A stretch of 58,385 nucleotides of DNA from a virus (Duplodnaviria; Caudoviricetes), in the IMG/VR virus record IMGVR_UViG_3300048839_001124, positions 1 through 58,385 of that record; one strand, 5' to 3'. The notes under the pieces were generated by a model. The model was given only the letters and a program-made list of their open reading frames with translations. It was not told where the DNA came from and made no database searches. The position numbers and the translations under genes are program-made. Positions 53,729 to 58,385 of this stretch are shown in pieces; position 1 is the stretch's first letter; every line of letters begins with the position of its first letter.

Positions 53729-56139
53729 TATTTAGTTTTTCCTGCTCTTGGAGCTTCAGGAGTAAACATTTGTTTTATTTGCTCAGGAGTAAGTGTTTCA
53801 CCTTTTGTCAAAGCTTCAGCGAGTTTTATATGCATATTTAATGCTTGTTCAGTCATTTGGCCAGCGGCTGTGGCTGCATTTTCCATAGCTGTTTTCATTT
53901 CGCCAAACTTATCATTAACAATTTGTTGTTGAGTGGCTACGGCTTCTAATGATTTATCTTCTATACGGCCTGTTCCACCAGTGCTAGCAAGTTTATCTTG
54001 AATTTCTTTAGAAAAATCTCCACCAATTTCACCTTTAACCAATTTAGCAGCCATAGAGCGTTGTTCTTGATTAGAGAGTTGATTAAAAGCAGTGTCTTCT
54101 GTGCCAAGACCTACAATCATTTTGTTCATTTCTGGGTCTTTCATGAGTTCAGAATTAATATCTTGCTCACTCATGCCAGTAGCTTTCATATCTTGATATT
54201 TTTGCTTTAAACTTTGGCGAGTTTTTTCGCCTCCGCCACGAATGATTAGGCTGTCGCTTTTAATTCCTTTAAGTTTTTTAACCACTTCTTCAGCAGACAT
54301 GCCGCTTTCAGCAGCAGCTTGTTGTACTGCTGGACTATCTACGGTAAGTTTACTATCTGGCATTTCAGAAAGAACTTTTTGAGTATCAAAACTCAATCCT
54401 GCTAAATCTTTATCACCCATTATTTTGGCTGCAAAAATTGCGCCGCGTGGGTTTCCTGTTTGGCTAGTAGCTGAATCGTAAAAAGCTTTAGCTCCACCCA
54501 TAGCATTAATATCAGCCATAGTAGTGCCAGCTCCAAAAGCCGAATATGAAGCTGCTGCTTGAGCAGCACCAGCCGCTGTTGATGCGCCTGAAGCCTGAAT
54601 AGCAGATACAGTCATTTCAGCAAATTTTCTTTGCTCAGCAGCAAATTCAGATTTATCTAAACCAAGTTTCATAGCTTCAGACATAACTTTAATTGTAGCA
54701 TTTTCTGTTTCTACATTTCCACCTAAATTGCGAGATATTCCACCCACAATAGAAGATGCATTTGTCATATCCATACGTTTAGACATTTGATTAGCTAATA
54801 CGTTATTATAACGAGCACTAACAGTAGAGCCGCCTGCCCCAAGAATGCCTTGAGAAGCTCCAATAGTTTCTTCTTCTGTAAATCCACCTCTAAAACCGCG
54901 ACTTAATAAGCCGCCGCCGCCGTAAAACTCTGGATTAGATATACCCATAGAGCGTTGAACATTTAAATTTCTTTCTCTAGTTTGTTGATAACGCTCTTCA
55001 GCCATTTGTTTTACTGGATCTTTATTTTTTTCTGCTTCAATTAATGAATTAAAGTCACCAGCAAACTCGGAATATTGCATTGCTTCTAATTTCTTTTTAG
55101 CATCCTTAGAGCCAAGATTGGACATGAATGAAAGTCTAGTTCTTTGATCAGACGCTATATCATATATGCCTTTTCCTAATCCTGCTGCTCCGCCTACGGC
55201 TGCTCCGCCTAAAGCAGTAACACCAGCTAATGGGCCGCCAATTAATCCTGCTGCTCCGCCTACGGCTGCTCCACTAGCAGCACCAGCAGCTACTTTGCCA
55301 AAAAGTCCACCTACGCCCATAGTGTATTTGTCAGCGAATTGAGTGCCTCTTAATTTTCCTAAAGCGGTGTCTATGGCTCTTTGGCGTTCAGGAGCAAAAA
55401 ACATAGTTGAAGCCATCTTGTTGCCGTATACGTCTCCTGCTCCTGTAGCGCCACTAATAGCTGAACCTTGAGCAAAAGTATAATTACGATTTTCAGCAGC
55501 TAAACTTCTAATAAGTGGATCAGCCATTTGTATACCAGTGCCTAGCATACCTAATGCGCCTAAACCTACGCCTAAGCCTCCACCCATCATTCTATAACCA
55601 GCACGACCAGCGCCCATTATGCCGCCTCCAGCATAAGCGCGAGCCAAACGCTCTACACCTTGAGGAGTTGACATACCACTAGCTAAACTGCCTCTTTGGC
55701 TAAGGGCTTGCTGAATAGCTCCAACCTGCTGAGCATGTTGGCGCTCTAATGTCATTTTTTGTCCATTAAGAGCGTTGATTTGTCTAGTTACTTCAAGCTT
55801 TTTCTTTTCATCATCTAAAGAAGCTTGTTCTAATTTTCTTAATTCATTGATTTTTTTAGATCGATCATCAATAGCTTTATTTAAGGCTTGGGTTTGTTGA
55901 AACTGGCTTTTAATAAATCGGTCTAAATCTCTAAGTGATTGTTTTTGTTGAGCTTCTGCTTGTTGTGGAGGCACACCTGTTTGAAGACCAGCCTTACTCA
56001 TACGTTGCATAACTTCTGAAGTCATAACGTTTTTAGAAAAGTCTGTTTGGCTAGATTTAAGCTTATTTTGAAGCTTAGAAATTTGAGCGTCAAATTCTTG
56101 GGTGTTCAGGCGAGCTGCAAACTCGATAGTTTTTTTCAT
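53728..56139 (-). CDS. Tape measure-like protein
   Basis: N-terminal coiled coil, central glycine-zipper segments, A/G/S/Q/M-rich; upstream of hub and spike genes. Confidence 0.65.
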   Translation of the reverse strand: MKKTIEFAARLNTQEFDAQISKLQNKLKSSQTDFSKNVMTSEVMQRMSKAGLQTGVPPQQAEAQQKQSLRDLDRFIKSQFQQTQALNKAIDDRSKKINELRKLEQASLDDEKKKLEVTRQINALNGQKMTLERQHAQQVGAIQQALSQRGSLASGMSTPQGVERLARAYAGGGIMGAGRAGYRMMGGGLGVGLGALGMLGTGIQMADPLIRSLAAENRNYTFAQGSAISGATGAGDVYGNKMASTMFFAPERQRAIDTALGKLRGTQFADKYTMGVGGLFGKVAAGAASGAAVGGAAGLIGGPLAGVTALGGAAVGGAAGLGKGIYDIASDQRTRLSFMSNLGSKDAKKKLEAMQYSEFAGDFNSLIEAEKNKDPVKQMAEERYQQTRERNLNVQRSMGISNPEFYGGGGLLSRGFRGGFTEEETIGASQGILGAGGSTVSARYNNVLANQMSKRMDMTNASSIVGGISRNLGGNVETENATIKVMSEAMKLGLDKSEFAAEQRKFAEMTVSAIQASGASTAAGAAQAAASYSAFGAGTTMADINAMGGAKAFYDSATSQTGNPRGAIFAAKIMGDKDLAGLSFDTQKVLSEMPDSKLTVDSPAVQQAAAESGMSAEEVVKKLKGIKSDSLIIRGGGEKTRQSLKQKYQDMKATGMSEQDINSELMKDPEMNKMIVGLGTEDTAFNQLSNQEQRSMAAKLVKGEIGGDFSKEIQDKLASTGGTGRIEDKSLEAVATQQQIVNDKFGEMKTAMENAATAAGQMTEQALNMHIKLAEALTKGETLTPEQIKQMFTPEAPRAGKTK
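55177..55272. repeat. Perfect 30-bp direct repeat (66-bp period) encoding GAAVGGAAGL twice
   Basis: taatcctgctgctccgcctacggctgctcc at 55177-55206 and 55243-55272. Confidence 0.9.
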
Positions 56140-56141
56140 AA

Positions 56142-56909
56142 CTAGTTTAATCCTATCAAATATTTACCAAAACGTTTTAAGCCAATTTTTGGTATTCTAC
56201 CACATAAAGTGCCAAAAGGTATCTCAGTAAATAAGGAAACTTGTCTTAGACCTAAAATAATATGTATTTTGTTATTTTCTTTAATTATATATTTTTTTGT
56301 TTTGGCTAATATCATTTTTTGTATAGCACTTGAATCTGCTTGTTTGCCTTTATTCCATGGCGCTTTGCCTAGTTTGGATTGGCTAATTTTAATTCGAGCC
56401 TCTTCTGAATGTGTTTTCCCATACATTGGATGCTTTGAACCAGCTAATAGTCCTTTGTGAGATTTACTCATATTTTCAAGATGTTCTTTTGAAAACTTTT
56501 TACCATAATTAGGGTTGCCTTTGCCAGAAAATCTAATAGACCTAGCTTTTAGCTCTTTTTTAGTATATTTTCTAGGATTTCTTTTCTGCGCTTCACTCAT
56601 TCGTTTTCTTGCGTCTTCAGAATAGGTAGGTCTGCTTCCACCGCTTTTTAAGTTATATCCGTTTGGCGCAATAGTATTAAGTTCATTTATATATTTAATT
56701 TCCATAGTGTTTAATTCGGATATATTTTCAACTTTAGCTAATTCTTGTATCTCAAAATTTTCTATACCATACTTACTGATAGCAGATTTTATAGCTTTGC
56801 ATCCTGAAGAGGGTGACAGATGATGGCGCAATCGATCTTCTAAGGACTGAATAGTCTGTCCTACATAAGCTTTGCCATTAATTTTGTTACGAATCATATA
56901 AATTGTCAC
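56142..56909 (-). CDS. GIY-YIG homing endonuclease with NUMOD3 repeats
   Basis: IYMIRNKINGKAYVGQT, AISKYGIENF, GYNL, repeated NPNYGKKFS/HPMYGKTHSEE; start moved to GTG 56909 after GAGGA. Confidence 0.9.
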   Translation of the reverse strand: MTIYMIRNKINGKAYVGQTIQSLEDRLRHHLSPSSGCKAIKSAISKYGIENFEIQELAKVENISELNTMEIKYINELNTIAPNGYNLKSGGSRPTYSEDARKRMSEAQKRNPRKYTKKELKARSIRFSGKGNPNYGKKFSKEHLENMSKSHKGLLAGSKHPMYGKTHSEEARIKISQSKLGKAPWNKGKQADSSAIQKMILAKTKKYIIKENNKIHIILGLRQVSLFTEIPFGTLCGRIPKIGLKRFGKYLIGLN

Positions 56910-56921
56910 TGTCTGTCCTCT

Positions 56922-56969
56922 AATATAAAGATTACAGAACGGCATAATCCCATATATTCGTATAAGATA
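56922..56969 (-). promoter_or_regulatory. Putative late promoter heading the tail operon
   Basis: Minus strand TACGAATAT...GCC-N7-AATCTTTATATTA upstream of the RBS. Confidence 0.5.
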
Positions 56970-56999
56970 TCGAAAAAATATGCGATAATATAATAAATT

Positions 57000-57251
57000 A
57001 TGGCAAAACCAAGTCAAAAAATGAAAGATATGATTGTTTCAAATAACTTATATCTATCTGAAAACATTGAACAAATGGCAAATGACTTTGAACAAGCATA
57101 TACCTTCAATCAAGAGCCTCCTCAAAATATAGTAGATATTATGTTTGAGGTTTTTGTGTCTGGCATATTGGTAGGTAGAGGAGAAAGATACTCTTTTACT
57201 GGATGCGCCACTAGTAGATGTTCAAGCTGTACTGGTTCATGTGGAAAATAA
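57000..57251 (+). CDS. Hypothetical protein with Cys-rich C-terminus
   Basis: CATSRCSSCTGSC tail; preceded by TATAAT without an SD sequence. Confidence 0.5.
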   Translation: MAKPSQKMKDMIVSNNLYLSENIEQMANDFEQAYTFNQEPPQNIVDIMFEVFVSGILVGRGERYSFTGCATSRCSSCTGSCGK

Positions 57252-57982
57252 TGAAATCGCTAAAAATAGTCGCAATTTCGGACACCCATAATAGGCATAA
57301 GCAAATCAAAGCTTTTCAAGACTATAATAGCCATTTAGATGAAGAAGTTGAACCTCTTGGTGGAGACATCATTATTCATGCAGGTGACGCTACAGGCCAA
57401 GGCAGAGAATCAGAAATAAAAGACTTTATTGAATGGTTTGGCCAACTAGACTTCAGATACAGAATATTTGTTCCAGGCAATCATGATTGTGGGTTTGAAA
57501 CAAACTTTTCTTTATACAAGAAAATGTGTGAAGACAATGGTGTTATTTTGCTTAATCATGAAGCTATAGATATTGAAGGTGTAAAGATATTTGGTTCACC
57601 TTGGACTCCGTTTTTCTATGACTGGGCGTTCAATGCTGGTAGAACTATTACCGAAGCGGCTTTTCACAGAAAACCTTTTATAGGTGACTTGTGGGCCACT
57701 ATACCTTTAGATACAAACATTCTAGTTACTCATGGGCCTGTTTACGGTATATTAGATGAGCTTTTATATCCTAATGGAGACCCTAAAGGCCAGTTTGTTG
57801 GCGATGTTGAATTAGAAAAGAAAATTAAAGAAATTAAGCCTGACATACATATATGTGGCCATGTGCATTGTGGGTATGGGCAAAAACATATCGATGGCAC
57901 TAGTTACTACAATGCCAGCATTTGCAATGAGATGTATTATCCAGAAAACCACCCTCATATTATAGAATATACTAAGGAGTAA
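57251..57982 (+). CDS. Metallophosphoesterase (MPPED/239FB-like)
   Basis: ISDTH, HAGD, PGNHD, GSPWTP, VTHGP, CGHVH; ATG 57251 coupled to the upstream TAA. Confidence 0.9.
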   Translation: MKSLKIVAISDTHNRHKQIKAFQDYNSHLDEEVEPLGGDIIIHAGDATGQGRESEIKDFIEWFGQLDFRYRIFVPGNHDCGFETNFSLYKKMCEDNGVILLNHEAIDIEGVKIFGSPWTPFFYDWAFNAGRTITEAAFHRKPFIGDLWATIPLDTNILVTHGPVYGILDELLYPNGDPKGQFVGDVELEKKIKEIKPDIHICGHVHCGYGQKHIDGTSYYNASICNEMYYPENHPHIIEYTKE

Positions 57983-57984
57983 AT

Positions 57985-58385
57985 TTGAAGAGCAAAAAAG
58001 GAATGAATAAAAAATATTCGTTTAATGAAAATTTCTTTTCTACTATTAATGAAAACAATGCTTATTGGGCTGGGTTTATAGCTGCTGATGGTTTTGTAAC
58101 AAAAGCTATTGGCAATAGAGGTCAACATATTTTAGGAATAAGATTAAATCAAAAAGATCTAATTATTTTAGAAAAATTTAAAGAAGCTATACAATACACA
58201 GGGCCAATCTATAAGTATAAAACTGGCATAGTTGAGCTAAGAATTATTTCAGATAAATTAGCTCAAGATTTAAAAATTAATTTTAATATAACTATTAAAA
58301 AATCTTTAACATTGCAACCGCCGATTAAGATTGTTGAAAGTGATATTTTTAAAAAATTTTTGGTAGGCTATATAGATGGAGATGG
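57985..58385 (+). CDS. LAGLIDADG homing endonuclease (truncated at window end)
   Basis: Manual translation MKSKKGMNKKYSFNENFFSTINENNAYWAGFIAADG...FLVGYIDGDG; two LAGLIDADG motifs; AAGGAG RBS. Confidence 0.85.
   Translation, partial: MKSKKGMNKKYSFNENFFSTINENNAYWAGFIAADGFVTKAIGNRGQHILGIRLNQKDLIILEKFKEAIQYTGPIYKYKTGIVELRIISDKLAQDLKINFNITIKKSLTLQPPIKIVESDIFKKFLVGYIDGD

Noticed and set aside
35382-56139. Extracellular contractile injection system/tailocin or T6SS locus
   Set aside because: Linked to a full phage replication module, an endolysin and homing endonucleases; best explained as a myophage tail module
198-56460. Numerous short antisense or nested ORFs in the track (e.g. 5660-6037, 21464-21733, 42013-42387)
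   Set aside because: Shadow frames of well-supported genes, with no RBS or recognisable motifs
56910-57017. N-terminal extension of the GIY-YIG ORF in the track
   Set aside because: It spans the divergent promoter region; GTG 56909 has an RBS and directly precedes the catalytic motif
1-58385. Stop-codon reassignment (alternative genetic code)
   Set aside because: Code 11 gives long, densely packed ORFs; TAA, TAG and TGA all end genes right at the start of the next gene
1-58385. CRISPR arrays, tRNA or rRNA genes
   Set aside because: Intergenic gaps are short (at most about 135 bp) and show no spaced repeats or cloverleaf/T-loop signatures by eye

Overview
AT-rich (roughly 35% GC) fragment of a large contractile-tailed (myovirus/jumbo-type) phage genome in the standard genetic code; the host cannot be determined from the sequence. 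The left third (1-19.0 kb, + strand) is a replication/recombination/accessory module: DnaQ-like exonuclease, DnaE polymerase, secreted subtilase, gp32-like SSB, UvsY-like protein, RecA, DnaB-like helicase, primase, two tandem ClpP genes, ATP-dependent ligase, a CYTH protein and a PLP aminotransferase. From 19.0 to 56.9 kb (- strand) runs a late module: M15 endolysin, a cluster of tail-fibre/receptor-binding genes, baseplate wedge/J/gp25/spike/hub genes and a tape-measure-like protein. It is interrupted by two + strand islands and several homing endonucleases (six in the window, from the Endo VII, HNH, GIY-YIG and LAGLIDADG families). The most notable signals are: (i) in-frame patchwork of ~17-32% and ~52-62% GC segments inside the fibre genes, which also hold nearly all CCGG sites of an otherwise CCGG-depleted window; (ii) a repeated bipartite non-sigma70 late-promoter motif and a separate early-promoter motif with inverted repeats; (iii) a GIY-YIG::metallophosphoesterase fusion; (iv) a ClpP1/ClpP2 pair plus several exported or membrane proteases; (v) an alliinase/TAA1-like aminotransferase next to a CYTH enzyme. 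All protein calls come from motif recognition by eye; no database search was run.
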